A stretch of 64,000 bases of DNA from a virus (IMGVR_UViG_2913147268_000005), one strand, 5' to 3'. Counted from the first letter of the stretch, positions 8,833-18,558 are shown. A program made the numbers and translations. Notes: generated by a model from the sequence alone, not told the origin.

Positions 8833-9323
8833 GCATGAGTCTTTTGAATGACGTTCAGAAATTCATTGAAGCCCATCCGGGCTGTACTTCCGGAGATATT
8901 GCGGATGCTTTTGCCGGTTACTCACGGCAGCGCGTTCTGCAGTCAGCAAGCAAGTTACGTCAGAGTGGGCGTGTGGCTCACCGTTGTGAAGGAGATACAC
9001 GCAGACATTTCCCGCGCCTGACTGAGAGAGCGCAGGAACCGGAACCACAACCAGTTCGTGAAACCAGACCTGTGCGCAATTTCTATGTCGGCACTAACGA
9101 TCCCCGTGTGATTTTGTGCCTGACCCGCCAGGCGGAAGAACTGGAGTCCAGGGGCTTATACCGTCGTGCTGCAACCGTGTGGATGGCGGCATTCCGTGAA
9201 AGCCACTCCCAGCCAGAACGAAACAATTTTCTGGCGCGTCGTGAGCGGTGCTTACGGAAAAGCAGCAAGCGCGCTGCATCGGGTGAAGAGTGGTATCTGT
9301 CAGGGAATTACGTGGGGGCTTAA
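8829..9323 (+). CDS. Winged-helix regulatory protein (164 aa), possibly PerC-like C-terminus
   Basis: N-terminus similar to the 38028-38294 protein (HPGC...GEIA motif); Arg-rich C-terminus; functional call tentative. Confidence 0.45.
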   Translation: MSMSLLNDVQKFIEAHPGCTSGDIADAFAGYSRQRVLQSASKLRQSGRVAHRCEGDTRRHFPRLTERAQEPEPQPVRETRPVRNFYVGTNDPRVILCLTRQAEELESRGLYRRAATVWMAAFRESHSQPERNNFLARRERCLRKSSKRAASGEEWYLSGNYVGA

Positions 9324-9976
9324 TGAGTAATAAATATTGCCAGGCGCTGGTGGAACTGCGGAACAAACCAGCCCATGAACTGAAGGAAGTGGGCGATCAG
9401 TGGCGCACGCCGGACAACATTTTCTGGGGAATTAACACCCTGTTTGGCCCGTTTGTTCTGGATCTGTTCACTGACGGTGATAACGCCAAATGTGCCGCGT
9501 ATTACACGGCGGAAGACAACGCGCTGGCGCATGACTGGTCAGAACGTCTTGCGGAGCTTAAAGGTGCTGCCTTTGGTAATCCCCCATACAGCCGCGCCAG
9601 TCAGCATGAGGGGCAATACATCACCGGCATGCGTTACATCATGAAACATGCCAGTGCCATGCGTGATAAGGGCGGGCGCTATGTTTTCCTGATCAAAGCT
9701 GCCACCAGCGAAGTGTGGTGGCCGGAAGATGCAGATCATATTGCTTTTATTCGCGGGCGTATTGGTTTTGAACTGCCTGTCTGGTTTATCCCGAAAGACG
9801 AGAAGCAGGTACCGACAGGAGCTTTTTTCGCTGGTGCTATTGCTGTTTTTGACAAGACCTGGAAGGGACCGGCAATCAGCTACATCGGGCGCGATGAACT
9901 TGAGGCATGTGGTGAGGCGTTTCTGGCGCAGGTTCGCCAGCAGGCGGAAAAACTGGTCAGGGAGATGGCGGCATGA
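9323..9976 (+). CDS. Phage Dam-type DNA N6-adenine methyltransferase
   Basis: ATG overlaps the upstream stop (TAATG); NPPY catalytic motif (FGNPPYS). Confidence 0.8.
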   Translation: MSNKYCQALVELRNKPAHELKEVGDQWRTPDNIFWGINTLFGPFVLDLFTDGDNAKCAAYYTAEDNALAHDWSERLAELKGAAFGNPPYSRASQHEGQYITGMRYIMKHASAMRDKGGRYVFLIKAATSEVWWPEDADHIAFIRGRIGFELPVWFIPKDEKQVPTGAFFAGAIAVFDKTWKGPAISYIGRDELEACGEAFLAQVRQQAEKLVREMAA

Positions 9977-10299
9977 CGACGTTAACTCAATGCCAGCAGC
10001 AGGTGCTGGATATGCTGATTTCTTATCAGAAAGAACGTGGCTTCCCGCCAACCAATCAGGAGGTGGCAACCATGCTGGGATACCGTTCGGTGAATGCAGC
10101 GGTGGAGCATCTTCGCGCACTGGAGAAAAAAGGCGTCATCACGATAAAGCGTGGCGTGGCCCGGGGGATAACGCTTCATACCGCGGTGAAGGACGACGAC
10201 AGCGAGGCGGTCGGGATTATCCGCGCACTGCTTGCCGGTGAGGAAAACGCAAGGCTGCGTGCAACCCACTGGTTACATGAGAGGGACCTGAAAGTATGA
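9973..10299 (+). CDS. LexA-DNA-binding-domain-like protein (108 aa)
   Basis: N-terminal winged-helix resembling the LexA DNA-binding domain; overlaps both neighbours by 4 nt. Confidence 0.55.
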   Translation: MTTLTQCQQQVLDMLISYQKERGFPPTNQEVATMLGYRSVNAAVEHLRALEKKGVITIKRGVARGITLHTAVKDDDSEAVGIIRALLAGEENARLRATHWLHERDLKV

Positions 10300-10685
10300 A
10301 GCTGATCCTGCCTTTTCCGCCCAGCGTGAACACGTACTGGCGACACCCCAACAAAGGGGCGTTTGCTGGTAAGAGCCTGATAAGCGCGGCGGGGCGAAAA
10401 TTCCAGAGCGCGGCGTGCGCAGCAATAGTTGAGCAGTTACGTCGTCTGCCGAAACCAACGTCGGCACCTGCTTCAGTGGAGATCGTGTTGTTTCCTCCGG
10501 ATAACCGGATCCGCGATCTGGACAACTATAACAAGGCGCTGTTTGACGCCCTGACCCACGCGGGTGTGTGGGAGGACGACAGTCAGGTGAAAAGAATGCT
10601 GGTGGAGTGGGGACCGGTTATCCCGGAAGGGAAGGTCGAGATCACTATCAGTAAGTATGAGAAAACGGCGGGTGCAGCCGCCTGA
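10296..10685 (+). CDS. rusA: Holliday junction resolvase RusA
   Basis: 129 aa beginning MKLILPFPPSVNTYW with conserved acidic residues (RDLDNYNKALFDAL). Confidence 0.85.
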   Translation: MKLILPFPPSVNTYWRHPNKGAFAGKSLISAAGRKFQSAACAAIVEQLRRLPKPTSAPASVEIVLFPPDNRIRDLDNYNKALFDALTHAGVWEDDSQVKRMLVEWGPVIPEGKVEITISKYEKTAGAAA

Positions 10686-10704
10686 TCAAGAGGAGAAACG
10701 AAGT

Positions 10705-11502
10705 ATGAATAATCTGATGGTCATTGATGGTATTGAAGTTCGTCGTGATGCTTATGGTCGTTACAGCCTGAACGATCTGCACAGGGCTGCTGGTTCTCTG
10801 GATAAGCATAAGCCCGCATTCTGGCTCCGCAATGAGCAAACTGAACGCTTAATAAGCGAGTTGCAGATTTGCAACTCGGTCAATATAGCGCCAGTTAATG
10901 TCATTCGTGGTGGAAATAACCAGGGAACGTATGTCTGCAAGGAACTGGTGTATGCCTATGCAATGTGGATCAGCCCGTCATTCCATCTGAAGGTGATCCG
11001 TACTTTCGACATGGTAACCAGCGCACCGGAAAAATTATCCGGACAGGCTGCTGACAAGATGCAGGCTGGTGTGATTCTGCTGGACTTTATGCGCCGGGAA
11101 TTAAACCTGTCTAACTCTTCAGTGCTTGGTGCCTGTCAGAAACTCCAGGAGGCTGTTGGCTTACCGAATCTGGCACCGCGCTATGCCATTGATGCTCCTG
11201 CTGACGCGCCTGATGGCTCAAGCCGCCCCACGCTGTCACTGAGTGCACTGCTGAAGCAGTATGGTATCCGCCTGACAGCTAATCAGGCATATCACCAGAT
11301 GGTGAAGCTGGGGATCGTCGAGCAGCGCGAACGATACAGCCGTACCGCGATTAACAACATCAAAAAATTCTGGTCGCTGACAGCGAAAGGCTGCATGTTC
11401 GGCAAGAATATCACCAGTCCCGCAAATCCGCGCGAGACGCAGCCGCATTTCTTCGAATCCCGATTCCCTGAGCTGTTAAAGCTGCTCGATACCGTTCATT
11501 GA
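10705..11502 (+). CDS. KilA-N domain protein (antirepressor-like)
   Basis: ATG at 10705 behind an AGGAGAAACG RBS; N-terminal KilA-N-like segment (VIDGIEVRRDAYGRYSLNDLHRAAG ... ELVYAYAMWISPSFHLKVIR). Confidence 0.7.
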   Translation: MNNLMVIDGIEVRRDAYGRYSLNDLHRAAGSLDKHKPAFWLRNEQTERLISELQICNSVNIAPVNVIRGGNNQGTYVCKELVYAYAMWISPSFHLKVIRTFDMVTSAPEKLSGQAADKMQAGVILLDFMRRELNLSNSSVLGACQKLQEAVGLPNLAPRYAIDAPADAPDGSSRPTLSLSALLKQYGIRLTANQAYHQMVKLGIVEQRERYSRTAINNIKKFWSLTAKGCMFGKNITSPANPRETQPHFFESRFPELLKLLDTVH

Positions 11503-11503
11503 G

Positions 11504-12115
11504 GTGACCGTGAGAGCACTACTGACCCCTGAAATTGCCCCGCGTATGGGGATCGTATTGTTCAGGCCAGGTTCAGAGTTGATGCCCCTGTTTATGCAGG
11601 GGCGTGTCCTGCTGGAGCCTGAGCCGGAACGTTATTCATCTTTCGCCAGTGGTGCAGTTCCGGCGGCATCACAACCGCTGGCGGATGATCCTGCCGTTCG
11701 GGCCGTGTTCCGCAATGAGGCAGTGATCCGTCGTGCTGGTGGCGTGGAATGTCTTGAAAGCTGGTTACTTCGTGAAAAAGGCTGCCAGTGGCCTCATTCC
11801 GACTGGCACAGCGAGAACATGACCACAATGCGACACGCTCCGGGCGCAATCCGTCTGTGCTGGCACTGCGATAACCAGCTGCGCGATCAGTTCACGGAAC
11901 GGCTGGAATCAATGGCAACGGATAACTGTGCCCGCTGGGTGTTGTCTGTTGTGCGTCGGGATCTCGGTTTTGATGACAGTCACGTTGTGACAATGCCGGA
12001 ACTGTGCTGGTGGCTGATTCGTAATGATCTGGCGGATGCCTTACCGGAAAGTGCAGCCCGTAAGGCACTGAGATTACCGAAGCCNNNNNNNNNNGTCTGT
12101 TACCCGGGAAAGTGA
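11504..12115 (+). CDS. N-terminal part of a nin-region protein (DUF968/YdfU-like); frame broken at the assembly gap
   Basis: GTG start; the ORF runs into the N10 gap and stops 19 nt after it, so the stop and the split are probably artefactual. Confidence 0.45.
   Translation: MTVRALLTPEIAPRMGIVLFRPGSELMPLFMQGRVLLEPEPERYSSFASGAVPAASQPLADDPAVRAVFRNEAVIRRAGGVECLESWLLREKGCQWPHSDWHSENMTTMRHAPGAIRLCWHCDNQLRDQFTERLESMATDNCARWVLSVVRRDLGFDDSHVVTMPELCWWLIRNDLADALPESAARKALRLPKXXXXVCYPGK
12085..12094. other. Assembly gap (10 N)
   Basis: Run of n characters in the sequence. Confidence 0.99.
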
Positions 12116-12119
12116 CCTT

Positions 12120-12500
12120 GTGCCTTCGGTTCCTGCCACCAGCATCATCCAGGATAAGGCGAAAAAGGTGCTGGCGCTGAAAGTGGATCCGGAGTCGCCG
12201 GAGTCTTTTATGTTACGCCCAAAACGTCGCCGCTGGGTTAATGAAAAGTACACGCGCTGGGTTAAGACACAGCCGTGTGCATGTTGTGGAAAGCCCGCTG
12301 ATGATCCCCACCACCTGATAGGTCACGGTCAGGGTGGAATGGGAACAAAAGCGCATGACCTTTTTGTGTTGCCTTTGTGCAGAAAGCATCACGACGAGCT
12401 GCATGCGGATACCGTGGCATTTGAAGAGAAGTATGGCTCCCAGCTGGAGCTGATATTTCGTTTTATCGATCGTGCGCTGGCAATTGGCGTGCTGGCCTGA
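12120..12500 (+). CDS. Cys/His zinc-motif domain (HNH-like), probably the continuation of the gene at 11504
   Basis: CACCGK...HHLIGHG...PLCRKHHDELH motif; GTG start 5 nt after the upstream stop. Confidence 0.5.
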   Translation: MPSVPATSIIQDKAKKVLALKVDPESPESFMLRPKRRRWVNEKYTRWVKTQPCACCGKPADDPHHLIGHGQGGMGTKAHDLFVLPLCRKHHDELHADTVAFEEKYGSQLELIFRFIDRALAIGVLA

Positions 12501-12502
12501 TT

Positions 12503-12859
12503 TTGTGGAGAAAGTTGATGCGTGATATGTATGAAGTATTGGACCGCTGGGGTGCATGGGCTGCAGCAGATAACAGTGGTGTGGACTGGCAGCCTGTTGC
12601 TGCAGGGTTTAAAGGTTTACTACCTCATGGAAAGAAAACACGCCAACAATGCGATGATGATGAAGGAATCATGATTGACAGCTGTGTTGCGCGATTGCGG
12701 AAATATAAGCCCGAAGAGTATGAGTTGGTTATTGCTCATTTTGTTATCGGCATCTCACTAAGAGCTATTGCAAAGAAGCAGAAGTGTTCTGATGGGACAA
12801 TAAGAAAAGAGTTGCAAACAGCTCTTGGTTTTCTGGATGGTGTGCTTTCAATGTTGTAA
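12503..12859 (+). CDS. Q: Late-gene antiterminator Q
   Basis: 118 aa with DRWGAWAA motif and a C-terminal HTH-like region; last gene of the nin-like region. Confidence 0.7.
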   Translation: MWRKLMRDMYEVLDRWGAWAAADNSGVDWQPVAAGFKGLLPHGKKTRQQCDDDEGIMIDSCVARLRKYKPEEYELVIAHFVIGISLRAIAKKQKCSDGTIRKELQTALGFLDGVLSML

Positions 12860-12871
12860 TATTAGGGGGAA

Positions 12872-13420
12872 TTACCCCCCTTTTTTTCTCTGTTGCTTTA
12901 ATAAAATTTTAATATTTTGTCTGATTATGATGAGGCAATGTAATAAAAGAAATACCGTTAGTATTGCAAGCCATACGCAAAATAAGCATGCATATAAATT
13001 AGTTGAAAGTCCAATAGTGAATTGTGCAATTGCTGTTGTGATAGAACATAATATTGATGTATTAATAAATGAGGATAAATTGTCTAAAGGTTTATAAAGT
13101 ACACTATCATTGATTTTGTCAATAGGTATACCAGTGGCAATGCTATAAATTTCCTTATATTCCTGAGTTGCAAAAACCTTATCGCGTAAATTTATTATGA
13201 CAAAGGTATGCAGGCTCAATAAAAATGAACCCACGGAAATAAAACCGGAGAAGAGATAGCCTCGTAAGTTTTTATGATAAAAATCAAAAAAGTTAACACT
13301 TACTTTAGGTGTGTTTCTGTACAATAGGTAAAGTGCAAGCAATGCCAGGATCGAGAATGCAAGCAGTGTAATGTACTGATACCTCAATCTTTTATTTATT
13401 AGCCATTCATATAAAGGCAT
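12872..13420 (-). CDS. Small four-helix membrane protein (182 aa), AT-rich cargo
   Basis: Four hydrophobic segments; start overlaps the stop of the upstream 308-aa gene by 14 nt. Confidence 0.55.
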   Translation of the reverse strand: MPLYEWLINKRLRYQYITLLAFSILALLALYLLYRNTPKVSVNFFDFYHKNLRGYLFSGFISVGSFLLSLHTFVIINLRDKVFATQEYKEIYSIATGIPIDKINDSVLYKPLDNLSSFINTSILCSITTAIAQFTIGLSTNLYACLFCVWLAILTVFLLLHCLIIIRQNIKILLKQQRKKGG

Positions 13421-14333
13421 TTTTATTCGTCCCGTTCAGCATTTCTTCTTTTATCATATCAAAAACAGGGTTTGTTGTATAATTATCGTTTGTCAATCCA
13501 TTGACTTTATCGGCAATTATATCGAAATCGTATGTTTCAAAAAAAACAGGGCAGTTCATAAAATCAATGGTTTTTTCTATTCCTGCATGGTTTACTGCAA
13601 TAACCTGTGCTTTAGCAACTCCACTCATAGAATTATAAATATTTGAAAGATTCTGAGATAGTTGTTGCACTTTTGTTCTGTCGCTAGAATTAAAATTCAT
13701 ATCTATTGTGGTGGTGTTAACAAATTGTTCAAGCGCAGTCATTGGTCCACCTTTAAAATCTATATAATTAAATTTAAAGCTTGTGCTTTTAATCTCTTTG
13801 AATTGACATAAAACACTCTGAATGTTGTTTTTATTTGTCATAAGGCTGAAAGTCAGTCTTTCTTTGTATTTTTTATTTATTGCAGTTACTTCTTTTTGTT
13901 TTGGTTTATCACCAAGTTTTTTTATTTCTTCTTTATTTTGATTTCTGATAAATTCATTACTTATTGTTTCTAAATGAGAAAAGAGAGTGTTCAGACTGCA
14001 TGAACCGTGGTGATACATATAGAGACCAGAAAGATTAGATTTTTTAATTAAGAAAAAGTTGAAATTAGCAAGTTTGTCACTTCCTTGAAGATCTTCAATT
14101 TTAAGCTGGAATTTACCATCAACAAATTGCGACTTACAGTTCTTTTTTTGGTTTCTGAATGTGACAACTAATCCATAATAGAAATCATTCACATCCGAAA
14201 TGAGAATTTTACGAGTATAGTCTGTGCGACTGTGTTCTCTGTTTGATGCGTTGATAAAAGCATTCATTACGTCAACGGTATTAATATTTTTGTTATTGTT
14301 ATTTATTGTAAATCCTATGCTTCTAACTTTCAT
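13407..14333 (-). CDS. Hypothetical Asn/Lys-rich soluble protein (308 aa), AT-rich cargo
   Basis: Long ORF with no hydrophobic segments; first gene of a two-gene minus-strand operon; no motif I can assign. Confidence 0.55.
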   Translation of the reverse strand: MKVRSIGFTINNNNKNINTVDVMNAFINASNREHSRTDYTRKILISDVNDFYYGLVVTFRNQKKNCKSQFVDGKFQLKIEDLQGSDKLANFNFFLIKKSNLSGLYMYHHGSCSLNTLFSHLETISNEFIRNQNKEEIKKLGDKPKQKEVTAINKKYKERLTFSLMTNKNNIQSVLCQFKEIKSTSFKFNYIDFKGGPMTALEQFVNTTTIDMNFNSSDRTKVQQLSQNLSNIYNSMSGVAKAQVIAVNHAGIEKTIDFMNCPVFFETYDFDIIADKVNGLTNDNYTTNPVFDMIKEEMLNGTNKNAFI

Positions 14334-14454
14334 GTGTATTCCAGGACCGACTAAAGATAGCGAGAATGGGGACGCATAGTTTATAAAAACCCTAACGCGT
14401 ACGCAAAAAGTATTATATCGTGTTAAGAGTGGTTACTTCGCCACACAACTTAAA

Positions 14455-14476
14455 CCCGCCGCTGAGCGGTTTTTTT
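14455..14476 (+). terminator. Short GC hairpin plus T7 (possible tR'-like terminator)
   Basis: CCGCCGCTGAGCGG followed by TTTTTTT; the same TTTTTTTGTACCTG tail recurs at 24385-24398. Confidence 0.4.
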
Positions 14477-14597
14477 GTACCTGTAAACCTGGTGCAGTAC
14501 AGTAAACACGCTGGTGGTCGTGAATACTGGCTTTTTATCTTGCTGGCTTTTTAGACAAGAGTTATTGGTATGTCATGTTAACCAGAAGGAAAAAAAC

Positions 14598-14801
14598 ATG
14601 CTAAAACAGCAAGATATGACAGAAACCGCCGCCGCAGTCCTTCATTTCTTACCTGCTGACAAGTGGGTAACGCCACGCATGATGACGAGAACTATCGGAG
14701 TAAGCGAAGCCCGGTGCCAGTTAATACTGACTCAGTTAGTTCTGGCGGGTCTGGCGAAGGATAACGGCGGGTACGGGAATAAATTCAGACGCTGCCAGTA
14801 A
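14598..14801 (+). CDS. Small winged-helix-like protein (67 aa) upstream of the methyltransferase
   Basis: ATG at 14598 inside the listed 95-aa frame; HTH-like segment (RTIGVSEARCQLILTQLVLAGLAKDNGG). Confidence 0.4.
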   Translation: MLKQQDMTETAAAVLHFLPADKWVTPRMMTRTIGVSEARCQLILTQLVLAGLAKDNGGYGNKFRRCQ

Positions 14802-14951
14802 TGGCGGTTTCCTGCTGTGAAAATGGGCGGCTGGTGGGTGTTGGTAGCACCTGCCAGCCATTCGCTCATGCTTACTGGTCACAAGCGAACCACGGCCCAC
14901 TGCTTTAGCGCAAAAGCAGAGTGAGCCTACCAGAGTTACGCTTACTGATCC

Positions 14952-16004
14952 ATGAAAAATACTGTAAAAATAAACAGTGTTGATTTAATCAACGCTGATT
15001 GCCTGCATTTTATTCAGTCCCTGCCTGATGATTCCATTGACCTGATTGTTACCGATCCGCCTTACTTCAAGGTGAAACCCAACGGTTGGGACAATCAGTG
15101 GAAAGGGGACGAAGATTACCTTAAGTGGCTGGACCACTGTCTGGCCCAGTTCTGGCGGGTGTTGAAACCTGCCGGAAGCCTTTACCTGTTCTGTGGGCAT
15201 CGCCTGGCATCTGATATTGAGATCATGATGCGTGAACGTTTCAACGTGCTTAACCATATCATCTGGGCGAAGCCGTCCGGACGTTGGAATGGGTGTAATA
15301 AAGAAAGTCTGCGCGCATATTTTCCTGCCACAGAGCGCGTTCTGTTTGCTGAACATTACCAGGGGCCATATCGTGGCAAAAGTGACGGCTATGCGGCAAA
15401 AGAAAGGGAACTCAAACAGCACATAATGGCACCGCTGATATCGTATTTCAGTGATGCTCGTGCCGAACTGGGTATAACGGCAAAACAAATTGCCGAAGCC
15501 ACAGGTAAGAAAAATATGGTTTCCCACTGGTTTGGTGCCAGTCAGTGGCAGTTGCCGAATGAGGCTGACTATCGGAAGTTACAGGCACTGTTTTCCCGTA
15601 TAGCGGCAGAGAAGTTTCAGGAACAACAACTGGAACAACCACACCACCAGCTGGTGGCATCTTATGATTCACTGAATCGCAAATATTCTGAATTGCTGGA
15701 TGAGTTTAAATCTCTCCGGCGCTATTTCTCCGTATCAGTCTCCGTGCCTTATACCGATGTCTGGATGCATAAACCCGTTCAGTTCTACCCGGGTAAACAT
15801 CCGTGTGAGAAACCGGCGGATATGCTCAGGCAAATAATCAATGCCAGTAGTCGACCTGGTGATCTGGTTGCTGATTTTTTTATGGGATCCGGTTCCACAA
15901 TAAAAGCAGCAATGGCGCTGGGGCGTCGGGCCTTAGGTGTTGAGCTTGAGTCAGAGCGGTTTAACCAGACAGTGAAAGAGATAAACGAGCTGGTGGGGAA
16001 ATAA
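14952..16004 (+). CDS. DNA methyltransferase (amino-methyltransferase family, DPPY motif), apparently orphan
   Basis: 350 aa; catalytic motif (LIVTDPPYF) and C-terminal AdoMet-binding region ([13 protein letters not shown]); no adjacent restriction gene seen. Confidence 0.85.
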
Positions 16005-16071
16005 TCTGGTGGCCACGTCAGGTGGCCTTTTTATTTCCATTACACAGCACCCGCATCTGCGAGGTGGGGTT

Positions 16072-16287
16072 ATGAAATCCATGGATAAGTTAACAACGGG
16101 TGTCGCCTATGGCACCTCAGCAGGTAGTGCCGGGTACTGGTTTTTACAGTTGCTCGATAAAGTCACGCCCTCACAGTGGGCGGCAATAGGTGTGCTGGGT
16201 AGTCTCGTATTTGGCCTGCTGACGTACCTGACAAACCTTTATTTCAAGATTAAAGAAGATAAGCGCAAGGCTGCGAGAGGTGAATAA
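16072..16287 (+). CDS. S: Pinholin, phage 21 S-like, with dual start (MKSM)
   Basis: 71 aa; closely resembles the S21 pinholin as I recall it ([19 protein letters not shown] ... [22 protein letters not shown]); GAGGTGGGG RBS. Confidence 0.8.
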
Positions 16288-16784
16288 TGCCTCCATCATT
16301 ACGAAAAGCAGTTGCTGCTGCTATTGGTGGCGGAGCAATTGCTATAGCATCAGTGTTAATCACTGGCCCAAGTGGTGACGATGGCCTGGAAGGTGTCAGC
16401 TACATACCATACAAAGATATCGTTGGCGTATGGACTGTATGTCACGGACACACCGGAAAAGACATCATGCTCGGTAAAACGTATACCGAAGCAGAATGCA
16501 AAGCCCTCCTGAATAAAGACCTTGCCACGGTTGCCAGACAAATTAACCCGTACATCAAAGTCGATATACCGGAAACAACGCGCGGCGCTCTTTACTCGTT
16601 CGTCTACAACGTGGGTGCTGGCAATTTCAGAACATCGACGCTTCTTCGCAAAATAAACCAGGGCGATATCAAAGGCGCATGTGACCAGCTACGTCGCTGG
16701 ATATACGCTGGCGGTAAGCAATGGAAAGGCCTGATGACTCGTCGTGAGATTGAGCGTGAAGTCTGTTTGTGGGGGCAACAATGA
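16287..16784 (+). CDS. R: SAR endolysin (lysozyme with N-terminal signal-anchor-release helix)
   Basis: 165 aa; N-terminal Gly/Ala-rich hydrophobic segment ([18 protein letters not shown]) followed by a lysozyme domain; follows the pinholin. Confidence 0.85.
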   Translation: MPPSLRKAVAAAIGGGAIAIASVLITGPSGDDGLEGVSYIPYKDIVGVWTVCHGHTGKDIMLGKTYTEAECKALLNKDLATVARQINPYIKVDIPETTRGALYSFVYNVGAGNFRTSTLLRKINQGDIKGACDQLRRWIYAGGKQWKGLMTRREIEREVCLWGQQ

Positions 16785-17248
16785 GCAGAGTAACCGCGAT
16801 TATCTCCGCTCTGGTTATCTGCATCATCGTCTGCCTGTCGTGGGCGGTCAATCATTACCGTGATAACGCCATCGCCTACAAAGAACAGCGGGATAAAAAA
16901 GTCAGTGAGCTGAAGCAGGCGACCGCCACCATTACTGACATGCAGCAACGCCAGCGTGCTGCTGATGTACTCGATGCTAAATACACGAAGGAGTTGGCTA
17001 ATGCGAAAGCTGAAAATGATGCTCTTCGGCGCAAGCTTGATAATGGTGGTCGGGTGCTCGTCAAAGGAAAATGCTCTGTGCCATCCGCAGCCGAAACTTC
17101 CAGCGCCTCCGGCATGGGCAATGATGCCACCGTCGAACTCTCTCCAGTTGCTGGACGAAACGTTCTCGGTATCCGGGACGGAATCATCAGAGACCAGACA
17201 GCACTGAGAACGCTTCAGGAATATATCAGGACGCAATGCCTTCGATGA
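16781..17248 (+). CDS. Rz: Inner-membrane spanin Rz
   Basis: ATG overlaps the endolysin stop (ATGA); N-terminal TM helix then coiled-coil-like region. Confidence 0.75.
   Translation: MSRVTAIISALVICIIVCLSWAVNHYRDNAIAYKEQRDKKVSELKQATATITDMQQRQRAADVLDAKYTKELANAKAENDALRRKLDNGGRVLVKGKCSVPSAAETSSASGMGNDATVELSPVAGRNVLGIRDGIIRDQTALRTLQEYIRTQCLR
17001..17207 (+). CDS. Rz1: Outer-membrane lipoprotein spanin Rz1, embedded in Rz
   Basis: +1-frame ORF inside Rz; AAGGAG RBS; lipobox (VVGCSS); Pro-rich mature part. Confidence 0.7.
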   Translation: MRKLKMMLFGASLIMVVGCSSKENALCHPQPKLPAPPAWAMMPPSNSLQLLDETFSVSGTESSETRQH

Positions 17249-17421
17249 TAGCGATAATTTTACTCATCATCCTTCACATTTGGCTCTGTAGACAGGGTGG
17301 TGATCACTTCTGGAGTGAATCCAGATTAAACATCTCATTGCTGATGCTTGAAGTTGAGCATCTGGCGCGCGGTAAGGGGCTGCGTTGAGATAAGAGCCAG
17401 TCATTACAAATACCAGGATTT

Positions 17422-17484
17422 AGCCTCGTATTCGCGGGGCTTTTTATTGCCATTACAAAAGCCACTCCCTACAGAGTGGCTTTG
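17422..17484 (+). terminator. Two tandem hairpins downstream of the lysis cassette
   Basis: AGCCTCG...CGCGGGGCT followed by TTTTT, then GCCACTC/GAGTGGC followed by TTT. Confidence 0.4.
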
Positions 17485-18063
17485 ATAATGGCTTATACCC
17501 TACACGGGATAACTTAACTGATATCCCTTTTAACGGATAAAGGTATTCAAGCCTGACACATCATGCGCTGTATCGTCGCCGTATTCCCGTATTAACAGAG
17601 ACCGTAGCCCGACGGGGAACTCCTTCTGCGAGAGTGTGCGGGAATAATCAAAAACGATGCACACCGGGTTTTTACCGCGTTTATGGTTCGCGGGTTTGTC
17701 CCTCATGCTCGCCAGTCCTGTGCGGGGGTGGAAGAAACAGGATACTCACACAGATTCTTGTGGGCACGATGTTATTCCTTTCTGGATTATCCCGATGCCA
17801 TTCATGCAAGGCGCTGTATCAGACGTTCGTCATGGCTGTCAGGCTGACGGGTCCTCCCGGTGGGGTGGTCTGCCACGGGGCGGGAGCGTCGCGGAAAAAG
17901 GCTAGTTTTTGAAATTTCATTCGTCATCACCACTATTATAATATATTGATATTACAGTGGTTTTATTTTTGTGGTGTCGATTTTGATTGTTTTTTGTTCA
18001 TCACCAACACCGTTTGCCTAAAGTTGTTCGCAAGATGCATGTTTAAAACATTCTGGAGCGGGT

Positions 18064-18558
18064 ATGGATCGAGAGTTAAAAAATCTGACGCTGAATATTA
18101 GTCAACTGGCGGCACTGTCAGGTGTACATCGCCAGACTGCTGCGGCAAGGCTGCAAAATCTACCCGTTGCAGGGGGGCATGAAAGCAACCTCAAGCTTTA
18201 TCGGGTGGTTGATATTGTGTCGGCATTTCTGGCATTACCACCGCCGGTTGCAGAAGGCGAAATGGACGCGCATGAGCGCAAAGCCTGGTATCAGTCTGAA
18301 CGTGAGCGTCTTAAGTTCGAACAGGAAACGGCACAACTCATTCCGGCCAGTGATGTCAGACGGGAGTTTGCCATCTGGGCAAAAGCGGTCGTGCAGGTGC
18401 TGGAGACATTACCGGATATTCTTGAACGTGACTGCGGTCTGCAGCCTGCCGCTGTGAGCCGTGTTCAGTCCATTATTGATGATCTGCGCGATCAGATAGC
18501 CCTGCGGGTGACTGAAGCAGGTGCGGATGATGAGGAGGAATTACAGCAGGAGGAGTAA
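18064..18558 (+). CDS. Terminase small subunit
   Basis: 164 aa with HTH-like N-terminus and acidic C-terminus, immediately upstream of and abutting the terminase large subunit. Confidence 0.75.
   Translation: MDRELKNLTLNISQLAALSGVHRQTAAARLQNLPVAGGHESNLKLYRVVDIVSAFLALPPPVAEGEMDAHERKAWYQSERERLKFEQETAQLIPASDVRREFAIWAKAVVQVLETLPDILERDCGLQPAAVSRVQSIIDDLRDQIALRVTEAGADDEEELQQEE

Noticed and set aside
9539-10120. 193-aa minus-strand ORF
   Set aside because: Antisense to the Dam-type methyltransferase and LexA-like genes, which have clear motifs and coupled starts
13407-14333. Nucleotidyltransferase (CD-NTase-like) signature in the 308-aa cargo protein
   Set aside because: No GS...DxD arrangement found by eye; function left unassigned
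17634-17912. Two overlapping ORFs (92 and 82 aa) in the interval between the lysis cassette and terminase
   Set aside because: No RBS, mutual overlap and odd composition; the interval more likely holds the packaging (cos) region and terminators
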